From: Giardia intestinalis
Taxonomy: Eukaryota
NCBI GenBank assembly: GCA_000002435.2
Contig: CM018790.1
Strand: one strand, 5' to 3'
Length of the DNA: 64,000 nucleotides
Under the pieces are notes generated by a model that was not told the DNA's origin, ran no database searches, and worked only from the letters and a program-made list of their open reading frames with translations. Numbering within the stretch: position 1 is the first letter of the stretch; every line of letters begins with the position of its first letter. The position numbers were made by a program, and so were the translations under genes. Shown here in pieces: positions 9,301 through 17,474 of the stretch.

Positions 9301-11233
9301 CGTGAAGGTGGGTAAGAAATGTGGCCACGTTATCAGAGTTCTTCGCAGCTGTAACAAGCCACATGATGGAAGAAAGGCCATCGTTTGTAATGCCTAGACG
9401 TCGGCACGCAACTCTGGAGTCTTCTGCACACAGGCGCAGAATGGTTGTTGCAGCCAGCTTGGCATGGGGACTCATATCCGTTCTCTTATGTATTTTGTTT
9501 GCTACCCTAACCAGGACCTCAGAGTTAGCTTCGCCGTCCTCTGCCCCTGAAGCGAAGAACATGCCACCACTTGCTAGGGTAGTCTGGAAGTCATTGTTCT
9601 CCATGGTGAGTCGCTCATTCTCAGAGACTAGCGCACCTCTCTCCTTGGCAAATGCTCCTGTAATCGTTGAAAGCTGCTCTTGGAGCATAGCCATCTCTGC
9701 CATCATTGTCTTTTTCTGCTTTTCTAGGTCTAGTATCTGTAACTCGCCATAGTTCGCCTTCCGCTCTGCCTGTGCAGCTCTGTCACCAACGCGCTCTAGG
9801 TTGCTCTTGAATCTGTTTGCCGTTGCAGCAAGGCGCTTAGTCTTATTTCTTTCGTCCAGGAGCTCAGACTTAATCATATCGAGGGTAAAGGACAGCTGGC
9901 TAACTTGGTCCTGTGCCACATTAAGTCGGCGGGTAAGAATAGTCATATCTCTTGCCTGCATCGTATTTTGGCAGACAAGCTCGTCAATGCGCTTCACTGC
10001 TTCTGTATAGTTCCCTTTCAAAGTAGTCAATCTGATTCTTAAGTCCTGATTTTCGTGCGTTGCTTCCTTGAGGTCCCGTACCGTTACCTGGAGCTTGCTA
10101 TCCAATATGTTCGCTGCCTCTTGGTATGCAGCTAGCTGCGTGGGAGTGCTTTTAATCCTTTTGACATAGTATGCTTTGACTCTACTCAAGGTCTGAAGGA
10201 TTTCGGCTATCTGCCCATTTCTATTGTAATTGGATAGATAATCAAGACATGTATCAAATGCTAGACCAAAAATGTCCATTTCGCTAAGACCTTGTTTGTC
10301 TGAAAAGCTCACAATTTGCTTGTCTAATTCCACACTTGGCAACGGGGTCAGCAGGTTACCAATCTTACAAGCGTCTCCTAGGAGGAAATCGTTTATTTCA
10401 CCGTCATGGTCTTGACTAATTATATCATGATCCGGGGGTTTTGAATTTTGAGCTGCATTAGACCGCAAAAAGTGACTAGTATCTGTAGGCTTAGAAAGAG
10501 CGAGTGAGGTTGGAATAGTGGAATGAGTAATAGGCTGAATGGTAGGGTCAGACTTGTTACTGCTTGTGACTGTATCGAAGTTGCTACCTGGATGACTTGA
10601 ATCTTCTGGTTGAAGAATCTCCGTGGTGAACTTAGTAATATCCTCAATTGGCATGTTGCATTCTCCTAGCTCCAGATCTGCCCCTGTATCGGGCCCAAAG
10701 ACAGGGTCAGTCTGTAGTTGGTCTGTAGTCTGAAGCCTAAAGAAAAGCTGTTCTAGGGTAGCTCGAAGAGTTGCGACTCGATCGCGTGCTAACGGATCCA
10801 AAAGAGCTTCAGTACTTGTTGCATCCGAGCTTTTGCGCTGCTGGGTTAGCTCAAGAAACTCTCGGGGCACATTTTCTTGAGAGCCATCTGGAACCCACTC
10901 TCTTGCCCGCACCCTGCTCTGGAACGACTTTTGTGCAGCAAACATTGAAGAACGTATCACTTCAAGGCCAACTAGGTACTGTGGAGAGGTTGAAGAAGAG
11001 CGTTCAGGAGATGACCCGATTTCTTGCCGATCTGAGCCAGAATTATAATCTGCTACCGAAGATGCGCGTGGCCGCATGCTGGCGTATCGGGCTAGCGGGG
11101 ACGGTACCCGTAGCTCTCCATTTGGAAGCCTCGCCAGAGACGCTAACGGAGGATGTAGTGTCATGCCCTTATGCTGAGATGATTTAGGACGCTTTGGTGG
11201 TGGCTTGGATGGTGGCTTTTGTGCCAGCTCCAT
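3395..11233 (-). CDS. Very large (2612 aa) coiled-coil / low-complexity protein with a possible C-terminal TBC (Rab-GAP)-like region
   Basis: A single 7.8-kb ORF with ATG at 11233 preceded by an AT-rich element. The central region has a long heptad-like coiled-coil ('LKEATHENQDLRIRLTTLKGNYTEAVKRIDELV...'). C-terminal motifs 'CYHQYENNEIYLFARF' and 'FLTEGKFREFCDTCVTLL' resemble the TBC YxQ and 'FxxEGxKxxFRVxLxLL' segments, but this is weak. Confidence 0.7.
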   Translation of the reverse strand: MELAQKPPSKPPPKRPKSSQHKGMTLHPPLASLARLPNGELRVPSPLARYASMRPRASSVADYNSGSDRQEIGSSPERSSSTSPQYLVGLEVIRSSMFAAQKSFQSRVRAREWVPDGSQENVPREFLELTQQRKSSDATSTEALLDPLARDRVATLRATLEQLFFRLQTTDQLQTDPVFGPDTGADLELGECNMPIEDITKFTTEILQPEDSSHPGSNFDTVTSSNKSDPTIQPITHSTIPTSLALSKPTDTSHFLRSNAAQNSKPPDHDIISQDHDGEINDFLLGDACKIGNLLTPLPSVELDKQIVSFSDKQGLSEMDIFGLAFDTCLDYLSNYNRNGQIAEILQTLSRVKAYYVKRIKSTPTQLAAYQEAANILDSKLQVTVRDLKEATHENQDLRIRLTTLKGNYTEAVKRIDELVCQNTMQARDMTILTRRLNVAQDQVSQLSFTLDMIKSELLDERNKTKRLAATANRFKSNLERVGDRAAQAERKANYGELQILDLEKQKKTMMAEMAMLQEQLSTITGAFAKERGALVSENERLTMENNDFQTTLASGGMFFASGAEDGEANSEVLVRVANKIHKRTDMSPHAKLAATTILRLCAEDSRVACRRLGITNDGLSSIMWLVTAAKNSDNVATFLTHLHGQYSSYFVAKGIAVQTKDSYVMDAKAKRKKKAADAVMDTVRNLRLAAPNEEPSGSAENRIYTSFDNEFTDASAPSTSLLLRKSHNVLLNMHRQLQIYRDKYEHLPMDSDKDFNELQTLLAEYYQGKEYNERSSVTTYDVYQRPSCGDCPSAPCDSDFDHLNQFGSPKGDDALLDNGSGEFLTRSLDKEFASTQLEKRTHHSSTIPSMHPSKTVPARDDQTGARTTAPEKDFLQQGETLPPNLSMESVDFGGQYASSQLIDESTEFFVDAESHEEHLQINSVDIFEETVKAANAKITSIASLATTQEQKDKVILLLQNLLYKSKYNSSILQVFDEYANRLIRDNNQVKELLLQQRNGNDLDASTDKANSPEAVAANETTNGILKLSQVLDNLFDERSPVSDELVQKDNQQASIEVLLDANLSMCTKETINWVVDQIRSKAERARRKKAIKHQTTPRLTATNKRLSNPRALGVSPGRKPLPSACTSARQTQRMGSQGTQLDKDVNGTNHSCEYEQLCEEQNLLTVNGKVNPMDNGEKYLYYKDASGNLCAVKHSIVRSGDGYTLHESRPSSTDRSAHSEGISFQLSPSTQRRLSAKDCPTRGTSSPAIGSIVDLNTIALGSTPPVPDLPSMAPAMLLQSKRVGSPAKSTDSRQSSSRLKSGSPSKRHFYGLSTQDILARVSENIRGKSWSATRPLSSPLNPGYPMQQTNKSEPRLIVQTSDGAISFVDTSSVKKGTSELMSIIEKDNRVLTNDIYYVEGNPTSVVLATFNPDDIPKSLSAAIDRQETILIENNQDTVGKAQIPLTIFFINDSINPLLPPPECIENASAMFLAHPLPQELAGAVKMAIGTATIATQTTPMVLDEIISTGDLLVNDAFSVIEKLFTAMHADPLQMEQTPVQTPADVTRIDSIPIDNDNAIDLTMSRFTNIPLFPDIYMTEQLIPQNDSQANNGGGKVPKDIKQTDDPVTRTSPLLSLLQRSLPTSLPLVTRGLLGPSGITKYSDDNSPDHLPLVQQRNLHNKEQSLLDLKAASERPKTAINTSSPITSYLKSMAKSQFNPDSDVKDTADIATDMESPSAIQQLSPLDGCNLSGSIAQPLDTSLRCTREDMALSMANDDLVDNNSRTYKETVLELLSVSQRHKSLPSQRLRQSIDANKFASETIRQKNNIAEGSLLIESLTPEEARGGRLLLFAQQQSKFNLGPGKESPALTSTTERTALQNRRLENKILNHHIQGQFQPQLSSTTFIKTKQDNTYPQGLALTYSEYLHARGRDSRPSYTVTASHSGHPYLRLHPRHGQNVLFTQCNPLEPPEGPLLQFVGGTFEALVTKFGSFKRHRCTLPHELLELAHSHSDDSQVIYPCILSSNVDLVDDFSSNSSKGEEQSPQNRQATRQKMQKTFEYLVETIKHLPSRTITEEDITKPNDSLTDGFRITAKQFSKTKLLIPRPGDTVLYLRHSALHVRKNESRSIFPTILQLLQELSPHRCELFTIETGSAVDIMHKTYIRIPIANAYLKSSIWTLKLIRAIYSSRINMEESYVTIKEPVEHVLTVSLKDEGRGDHEVELDPVPDGVGGADITKADSTKGTDSRSRSFSFNVVHGGLSRQEAESLPHFLLYYAKNKYGVTAIVTSLLWSLIVSVCYHQYENNEIYLFARFLFGDLDFDFYLTYLDIQRALGGLHRDAVDLVEVPELLQAILPNWSSKRRYSLCESIYSCKLVQRSKQAYTIDIVHLSQMILVAYGGYRRSLFESMTLVWSKISTENFLTEGKFREFCDTCVTLLNFNSVTEVFYAFSVEYKDDTSVIAQLEIGDQPAVESCALADAVHDLSCRRMYYANFIDFYLSYCLGRYAIISSLTLDEVMRGTPAKRNIQLASKVYERLVALSQDIATKKLSSADIEEPKAQKQELVKAIRKVFNHLNLASCDISAYDSQRAIDNMRQGINLLTDCCMDAKSEAASIVLGGGVAALSAFIVRNH

Positions 11234-11267
11234 CAGTGATAAATTAAATTTTCAGTACTAAGTTTAA

Positions 11268-11921
11268 CTAGCGCAGAACAGCCACTGCCTCCACAATAGG
11301 TGATCTACAAAGTGGACAAGTGCGTAGTTGTGATGCAATGAAACACTGCTCGCAGACAATAAAGTGTCTGCATGGAAGATACACTATCTCTCGCGGTCTG
11401 TCTAAGCAGATAACACAGGTGTCTATATTGGTAAAAGATTGATTAGTGGTGTGATTGGAAGCTGTACTCTTCTCAAGGTATGTTCTATTCTGCTGTATTA
11501 CATTTTGCTGAAGCTTAGCATTCCAATTCCTTACCTGTTCCAGCTCTGCCTTTGTGTCCAGTAGCTCCGCAAGGAGCGCCAACTGATAGTCCAGATTTGT
11601 GCCTATCTGCAAGCTTAGGTCCTTGTCGTCTTCATCCTTGATGGTCCTTACTTTACGCGGAGGGTCCCGTAGGCAGTCAATAGCCTGGAGAAACCCTATG
11701 CTTTCCGCCAAGAACATAGGTGATATTCCGGCCGGGGTCAAGTAGGCCCTTTCATAGGGAGCCAAGATAACTGTGCACTCTAGCTTTCTACTCAAGATAG
11801 CCCTGTGAAGTGCCGCATATCCGTCAGCATCGCGCGTGCCAGCATATTGAGCTGCATGCTGTACTATCAGATCCAAATCGTTCTCCTCCACCGCCTTAAA
11901 AAGGATGTTTTGTGGTTCCAT
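11268..11921 (-). CDS. Ankyrin-repeat protein with C-terminal C3HC4 RING finger (E3-ligase-like)
   Basis: The N-terminus has ankyrin-type repeats ('DADGYAALHRAILSRKLECTVILAPYE'). The C-terminus 'CVICLDRPREIVYLPCRHFIVCEQCFIASQLRTCPLCRSPI' is a C3HC4 RING of the IAP/MIB terminal type. ATG at 11921. Confidence 0.75.
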   Translation of the reverse strand: MEPQNILFKAVEENDLDLIVQHAAQYAGTRDADGYAALHRAILSRKLECTVILAPYERAYLTPAGISPMFLAESIGFLQAIDCLRDPPRKVRTIKDEDDKDLSLQIGTNLDYQLALLAELLDTKAELEQVRNWNAKLQQNVIQQNRTYLEKSTASNHTTNQSFTNIDTCVICLDRPREIVYLPCRHFIVCEQCFIASQLRTCPLCRSPIVEAVAVLR

Positions 11922-12146
11922 AGCTATCAGGCTTTACCAGGATTATTTATACTCAATCTTTATACTCAGTCGTTGCTCCGAGTCTCGGACGATCTCAATT
12001 GAAAAGTGATGACAACACGATTGACTTAGAGGTAGTCTTGCCAGAAATAGCACAGTAAAACGGGGAGTAAGCAGAAAATGGAAGTTATTTACAACACACA
12101 CTTCAGGCAGAGAAGTCAAGGGATATGTGTAAACGGAATGCTAATG

Positions 12147-12659
12147 CTAATTGGTGCTGACAGGCGTACCTTCGTTAGCTAGCGCCTGCGGAAGAAGCTC
12201 TCGTATGTTTGCAAACTTAACATTGATTAAATTGACTGCGGAGGCAGTTTTCATGGAGTTATTCCACAGGATTAAAGTCTGCACGTTGGACGGATCTGTG
12301 AGATCGGGGACAGTATAGGTGCCGTGCGCTATTGTGTCGAGGAGCTCCTTCTCCTTCGCTGCCATGGCCATAGCAGCCACGGGTGACTTCTTCTTCTCAA
12401 GGAGAACAGGAAGGATCTCTGTCGAGTAGTAGTAAATTATGTAGTCTAGTGCCATCTTGCGAAGCTCTTCTCCAGTGTATTTGTTTCTATCCAAGTCTTT
12501 TCGCAGATGGTCTTGAAACCAACGTAGCTTCAAGAGGACTGGCTGACGCGTGGCAGATCTGTGCTCGAGTTTCTTCGCTGTAACCCGCTTGTCCCGCAGC
12601 ATCTTACCCGCCTCGTATGCAACCTGCCGTGATTTGGGGTGGACAAACTTCTTAGGCAT
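12147..12659 (-). CDS. TMA16: Translation machinery-associated protein 16 (TMA16) homolog
   Basis: 'MPKKFVHPKSRQ' matches TMA16 'VHP(K/Y)SRK'. 'LLKLRWFQDHL' matches 'EKLQWFQNHL'. The C-terminal 'GTYTVPDLTDPSNVQTLILWNNSMKTASAVNLINVKF' matches yeast 'GFLCPDLSDAKNMEFLRNWNGTFGLLNTLRLIRI'. Confidence 0.65.
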   Translation of the reverse strand: MPKKFVHPKSRQVAYEAGKMLRDKRVTAKKLEHRSATRQPVLLKLRWFQDHLRKDLDRNKYTGEELRKMALDYIIYYYSTEILPVLLEKKKSPVAAMAMAAKEKELLDTIAHGTYTVPDLTDPSNVQTLILWNNSMKTASAVNLINVKFANIRELLPQALANEGTPVSTN

Positions 12660-12672
12660 TGAATGTTTTATT

Positions 12673-14031
12673 TCATTTACTCCTCGAAAGTGTCCCCCGC
12701 TCCAATCTCATTTGAACTGACGTCCCATCTTTTCCTAAAAGAGTAAGCTGCTTACCAGTTCCGTCCCAGTCAATTCTAGTGGGGTGTAGATCCTCAAGGT
12801 GGTATCGCAGAAGGGGTCCAAATTTGTAAGGGAGCTGGCAAATATCGGAGAGCAGAAGAGTAGATTGGTTCGGTAGGTACGTCGCTAGCAACCTTCCATC
12901 TGGATTAACCCCCAGCAATTCTCCCTCGTAGGAAAAGCTCAATGTAGGCGAGAGTGGCTGAGTCTGTAAGAGAGAGGTTACTGAGGCAGAAATGGAAAAG
13001 CTGATATTACCAAGATGATCCAGATGATCGATCTCTACTGGCGTTAACACAAGCATGTCCTGGGATCTCGCATAGATGCAGGAGCCATATGGATGGACAT
13101 GGAACACTTCGGAAGAAACTGTCAGCACTCTCGGAGGAGTGTCTAGGTTAAGAGCCGTAAGTATGTCCTGAAGAATAAGTGTGGAGTCTTGCGCGCTATA
13201 GATGTGGTTACATTGCACAAAGAGTAGTGCTGTGCCGTTGATGGATAAGTGTGTTCCACTCACTTCCAAATAGAGTTTAGATGAAACAGCTATGAAATTA
13301 ACAGGCACTCGATCGCTATTTCCATGAGGTATTTGATAAACGGGCCAGATGCGGTCTAGCTTGATACTGATAGATGGCTTTTGTTCGATAGAAAGCAAGC
13401 TAAAAATGGGGTTCTCTGAGAACATTAGGTGTTTGCGGAGCCTACTTCGGAGCTCTTCTAATGAACCCGAGCTTAACTGGACCGTTGGAGGCAGGGGCAG
13501 TGACGCCCTGATTGCCACAAGTTGTGGGGTATGTCGCTGAATTAGCTCTAATATCTTTGTTGGTGAAGAGGTAGTGGGGCTGGCAACATGCAGATGGGAG
13601 GCTGCGGCTTGATGGCTCGATGTAGCGTCTGGAATATCTGAAGAACACTTTTCCGCCAATTGTTTGCGCAGTCCGTAGTTATCGCTCGCCAGAGAAGACA
13701 CTAGAGATCCAAAGTAATCCAAGACCCCTGAGAGTGCAGAAATGCGCACCTGCTCTAGACTCTCCTCACTGTGAGTGGGTCCATTCTTGAGTGGAATACA
13801 TGCTTCAGGAAGAAGCTCATGGCCGGAGATGCAATTAGCTCGGTCTGCAATACGCTTCTTAGCTACTGACTCTTCGTACACGGCACCACACACAGTGCAC
13901 ACTACCGGGAAGCGGCAGGGGAGGCCAGAAACAGAGCAGAACAGCATTAAAAACCATCTATTTGCTTGAAAGTAGACAGCGAAGACACCAGCCAGAAGGC
14001 TGAAACAGTTATAGTTCATCATTGTATGCAT
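12673..14031 (-). CDS. Hypothetical protein (452 aa), hydrophobic N-terminus
   Basis: A long ORF with ATG at 14031 and protein-like composition. The N-terminal hydrophobic stretch 'FSLLAGVFAVYFQANRWFLMLFCSV' is a possible signal peptide or TM segment. The stop abuts the TMA16 promoter with 13 bp between them. Confidence 0.5.
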   Translation of the reverse strand: MHTMMNYNCFSLLAGVFAVYFQANRWFLMLFCSVSGLPCRFPVVCTVCGAVYEESVAKKRIADRANCISGHELLPEACIPLKNGPTHSEESLEQVRISALSGVLDYFGSLVSSLASDNYGLRKQLAEKCSSDIPDATSSHQAAASHLHVASPTTSSPTKILELIQRHTPQLVAIRASLPLPPTVQLSSGSLEELRSRLRKHLMFSENPIFSLLSIEQKPSISIKLDRIWPVYQIPHGNSDRVPVNFIAVSSKLYLEVSGTHLSINGTALLFVQCNHIYSAQDSTLILQDILTALNLDTPPRVLTVSSEVFHVHPYGSCIYARSQDMLVLTPVEIDHLDHLGNISFSISASVTSLLQTQPLSPTLSFSYEGELLGVNPDGRLLATYLPNQSTLLLSDICQLPYKFGPLLRYHLEDLHPTRIDWDGTGKQLTLLGKDGTSVQMRLERGTLSRSK

Positions 14032-14113
14032 GAAGGCTATGAAGCATTTCGTCCAGGCAATTCAGCAGGCCTATTGGTTCTGCTGCAGAGCCAAATAAAA
14101 TCATTGGGCTCAA

Positions 14114-15631
14114 ATGCCGAGAAGTCTCGTTTATACAGACTTTTCCTACCTATACTCAGGCCCACTTGGTCCAGTCTTCAAAGCCAAGAGAACACATGAC
14201 GGAATGACAGTGCTTTTACGTACCATTTCTTTATCAGAGACACACCGTCTCCTTTGGCCAAGCTATCGAGATGCCGCAAGCCACTGTCTCCACTACCATC
14301 ATCCTAGCATCGCCGTCACTAGTGCTGTATACTTAGATGAGCAAGGCCATCGGTTTCTGACAGAATTTTCAGATCCGTCTGTGTTTACTGAGTTTCCTCT
14401 TCAACTGCTCTGTGAGGCTAATACAAAGCCACTAAATATGTATATTGCGTGGGACATTATCCGCCAGATAACCATGGTCCTTGATTGGCTCCACAACCCT
14501 CCGCCGGGCACCCAGCACAAGCCTGGATTTCATGGTCATTTGTCCCCAGCAAACATTACGTACTGTCTTCTCACAAAGAAGGCTACCATCTACGACGTGG
14601 GATTTTCAATAGTTCCTGGCCCAATGGCCTCCATGGCCGCTGAGTCAGCAGTCCAGATTCATGACGATCGCTTCAAAATTGGTACTCCAGCCGATATGTA
14701 TGCTCTCGGATGTATTATTTCACTCTTAGTAACCCATGTTGATAAGACTAACTCCAATTTTCTGCAGGAAATGATTTCTCTAAAGAAGGCATGTCAGCAT
14801 CCCTGCAATCACGCTCTAATTTCGTTTGGCTATATAATATCAATGTCACAGCACTATATGAATTGCTGCTCGCTTAAGTTTTCAAAGTCAATCGATGAGT
14901 TAACAAAGTCGTTCTTTTTCTCTCCCAAAGACGACCCAACACTCGATGACCGTTTCCAACAGGCCATTGAGGATAATGATTATGAGAGGATATTGGCTAT
15001 TCTGGAAGAAAGCACCCAGAGACAACTTCCTCTCTACGTTCACGTGGCTCGCTCAGCAACTCCTGTTTCGGGAAAGACACCGCTGATGATTGCCGCTGAT
15101 AGAGGAAACGTAGAAGAGATCAAGAAGCAATTCCAGTATCTAGGCCAATCGTATGAAGGTGATACGGCCCTAATGCTTGCGGCCAAACGAGGACATGCAG
15201 ACTGTATCCGTGTTCTGCTGGGGGAACTGGGAATTACTGATTCTAGTGGGTTCACTGCCTTGATGAAGGCAGCAGATCAGCCAGTCGCGCAAAACGCAAT
15301 AGACAGCGGCCTTATATACTTGCTTCCTGAGGCTCGCATGCACGCGCCAAGCGGTTGGACGGCGATGATGTTTGCGTCTAGCGAAGGAAATACATCCTTA
15401 GTCAGTGCTCTAGTGAGCCGAGAGGCTGGAATGCGTAATAGAGATGGCCGTACAGCTTTAATGTATGCAGCGTTTAATGGTCATGACCAAACAGTCAAAG
15501 TCCTCTTGGCAGCAGAGTCCAACCTTGTGGATAGCAAAAGAAAGCGGGCCATAGACTATGCTGTGGAGCAAAACAATATTAAATGTGTTCGAGTGTTGCT
15601 TGGGCGCGAGGTTTTAGTTAATGTGAGTTAA
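14114..15631 (+). CDS. NEK-like pseudokinase with C-terminal ankyrin repeats
   Basis: The N-terminal protein-kinase-like fold has degenerate catalytic motifs: 'HGHLSPANITY' replaces HRDLKPxN and 'DVG' replaces DFG, so the catalytic Asp is lost. The C-terminal half has TALMxAA ankyrin repeats ('GDTALMLAAKRGHADCIRVLL', 'GRTALMYAAFNGHDQTVKVLL'). An AGTAAAT motif lies 10 nt after the stop. Confidence 0.8.
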   Translation: MPRSLVYTDFSYLYSGPLGPVFKAKRTHDGMTVLLRTISLSETHRLLWPSYRDAASHCLHYHHPSIAVTSAVYLDEQGHRFLTEFSDPSVFTEFPLQLLCEANTKPLNMYIAWDIIRQITMVLDWLHNPPPGTQHKPGFHGHLSPANITYCLLTKKATIYDVGFSIVPGPMASMAAESAVQIHDDRFKIGTPADMYALGCIISLLVTHVDKTNSNFLQEMISLKKACQHPCNHALISFGYIISMSQHYMNCCSLKFSKSIDELTKSFFFSPKDDPTLDDRFQQAIEDNDYERILAILEESTQRQLPLYVHVARSATPVSGKTPLMIAADRGNVEEIKKQFQYLGQSYEGDTALMLAAKRGHADCIRVLLGELGITDSSGFTALMKAADQPVAQNAIDSGLIYLLPEARMHAPSGWTAMMFASSEGNTSLVSALVSREAGMRNRDGRTALMYAAFNGHDQTVKVLLAAESNLVDSKRKRAIDYAVEQNNIKCVRVLLGREVLVNVS

Positions 15632-15769
15632 AGAAGATACAGTAAATACATAGCAGCCTGACTCTTGCGTAGGTCTGATGTAGGGCTCGAGTCTCTCCGG
15701 AGAACTCTAACTGAATGACATAACCGACTCAAAATTAAAATTATAACCATTAATCGTGGCCAAGAGCCC

Positions 15770-16810
15770 ATGAGCGCCTCTACATCGCATCCTGAGGACG
15801 GCTTCGTCAGGACACCGCTGGAACTGCGCTCAAAAAAATCTGAATCTATCAGCACGTTGAAGGTGTTCAATTCAGACCGTGTTGCTTCTCCAGTGGATGT
15901 AGAAGATATCTTTACCGATAAGAGCATTGTGCCTGCTGCCAAGAAAGGCAGACTTCTATGCATACCTACCGATACCGAAATTTCCCATCGTAACAAGCAC
16001 GTCACAGCATTCGGGGACAAGCCTTCCGATAACCAGCTCTTAAACGTCCCTGTCTTTGAATTCAGCGACGAAGACAAGGATCTTCCAGAGCTTGAATTGT
16101 CAAAGGTTAAGGTTACCACAAAGATTGACCAGTTTGATCGCAACGAGAAGCTGACAGGTCTAAAGTCAACATACGACTTTAACTCCTACACAATAGATGT
16201 ATCCTCGAAGAAAAGCAAACCAAAAGATTCAGGCGGATTCGATAGCGTCAGAAAACAGCGGCCCAATGTTTCAGCTACCTCATCGCCTCAGTCTAAGGTA
16301 CCCACCTACAAAGTCGGCGACTACATACCGAGGGCTGTGAGAGAGCAGCTTAAAAGTTCTCAGAAGCCGAGCTCTCCTTCGGTGACTACCCCTGAGGTCA
16401 TCACTCCAGTAATTGATACTACAGGAGATACGAGTGATGCAGTCTCTACTGCGTTAAGTGCCAATGAACCCGTTGAGTTCACTATCCAGAACGAAACACA
16501 GTTTCAGCAACTCTTTAAGCCTCAGATTTCTATGGCGTTTACTACTAAACAACAAGCTTTATCAATATCTACATCTAATCTCGAAGCATCTAACAAGACC
16601 ATTAGTATATTAACGAACAATCATTCATGTCCGAGTAACATTTGGACCACCCACCAAGCCAGTGCATGCCCTGTCAGTTTTTCTGATGCGCCCATGTGTA
16701 ACACAAACGCATCTAGTGACAATCAACCACGCCACATTGAATTACAGCCCGGGGATACTGGTTTCATACTGAGTCATTATGCTGCCACTGTACAATCAGA
16801 CAAAGCTTAA
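15770..16810 (+). CDS. Hypothetical Ser/Thr/Pro-rich low-complexity protein
   Basis: A 346-aa ORF with an ATG start and an AT-rich upstream element. Composition is S/T/P-rich with no recognisable domain. Confidence 0.45.
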   Translation: MSASTSHPEDGFVRTPLELRSKKSESISTLKVFNSDRVASPVDVEDIFTDKSIVPAAKKGRLLCIPTDTEISHRNKHVTAFGDKPSDNQLLNVPVFEFSDEDKDLPELELSKVKVTTKIDQFDRNEKLTGLKSTYDFNSYTIDVSSKKSKPKDSGGFDSVRKQRPNVSATSSPQSKVPTYKVGDYIPRAVREQLKSSQKPSSPSVTTPEVITPVIDTTGDTSDAVSTALSANEPVEFTIQNETQFQQLFKPQISMAFTTKQQALSISTSNLEASNKTISILTNNHSCPSNIWTTHQASACPVSFSDAPMCNTNASSDNQPRHIELQPGDTGFILSHYAATVQSDKA

Positions 16811-17033
16811 GTCTGATACTTTAATATAATAAGCAGTCTATCATAGATTTGTTGCTTTTTAAGAATTTAATCAATTAATTATACAGCTGTACTAGTGGCA
16901 GGAGGATGGGAATACCTCATTATTTCTGCGTTGAAAGTTTTTAGATTCGTTTGATGACCCTCAATCTCTTTTCCCTACAAATTATGTATCTCTGAATATA
17001 GCTATCAATGAGTGAATTTTTAGATGTGACCCA

Positions 17034-17474
17034 ATGGTCCTGTTTAACATATGCGGCTGCAAGGGGAGTCAGAGGTCACAGTCTCAAACACAATACTCAC
17101 ACATCGTATTGGACGACAGTCTGTCGGACTACCCGTTCGACACCAGCAACAAGCTTGTCGGGGCGAGCAGGGCTCTCGACGCCGACGCCGCCTCGACGGT
17201 TGTCGTCAACGAAAGGCTGACGTCCATCGAGGCCAGAACCCTGTTGGGGCGGGTGCACACCATGGAGCTTCTGCTTGACCAGTCGGCCCACACGATTGGG
17301 GAGCTGCGCCGCGAAAACGCCAGGCTGCAGCGGGTCATCCTGTCCACAGACGCATCAACGCAGAAGATCAGGCAGAGGGAGGTCCCCAAGCAATGCGCAG
17401 CGGAGAGCATATCAGGGAAATTCACTCCAGAACTGCCACAAAGCCCTATTCGTATGCTCCCTCTTTCCTACTGA
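17034..17474 (+). CDS. Small hypothetical coiled-coil protein (GC3-rich)
   Basis: A 146-aa ORF with ATG at 17034 preceded by an AT-rich spacer. Third codon positions are strongly G/C. It has a coiled-coil-like stretch 'MELLLDQSAHTIGELRRENARLQRVILS'. It overlaps the convergent ankyrin gene by 7 bp. Competing small ORFs exist in the other frames. Confidence 0.4.
   Translation: MVLFNICGCKGSQRSQSQTQYSHIVLDDSLSDYPFDTSNKLVGASRALDADAASTVVVNERLTSIEARTLLGRVHTMELLLDQSAHTIGELRRENARLQRVILSTDASTQKIRQREVPKQCAAESISGKFTPELPQSPIRMLPLSY

Noticed and set aside
3411-10647. Dozens of 60-140-aa ORFs on both strands within the 3395..11233 gene (e.g. 6507..6929 +, 9321..9752 +, 10771..11187 +)
   Set aside because: All are nested in or antisense to a single uninterrupted 7.8-kb ORF with a proper ATG and promoter context. 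None has independent support.
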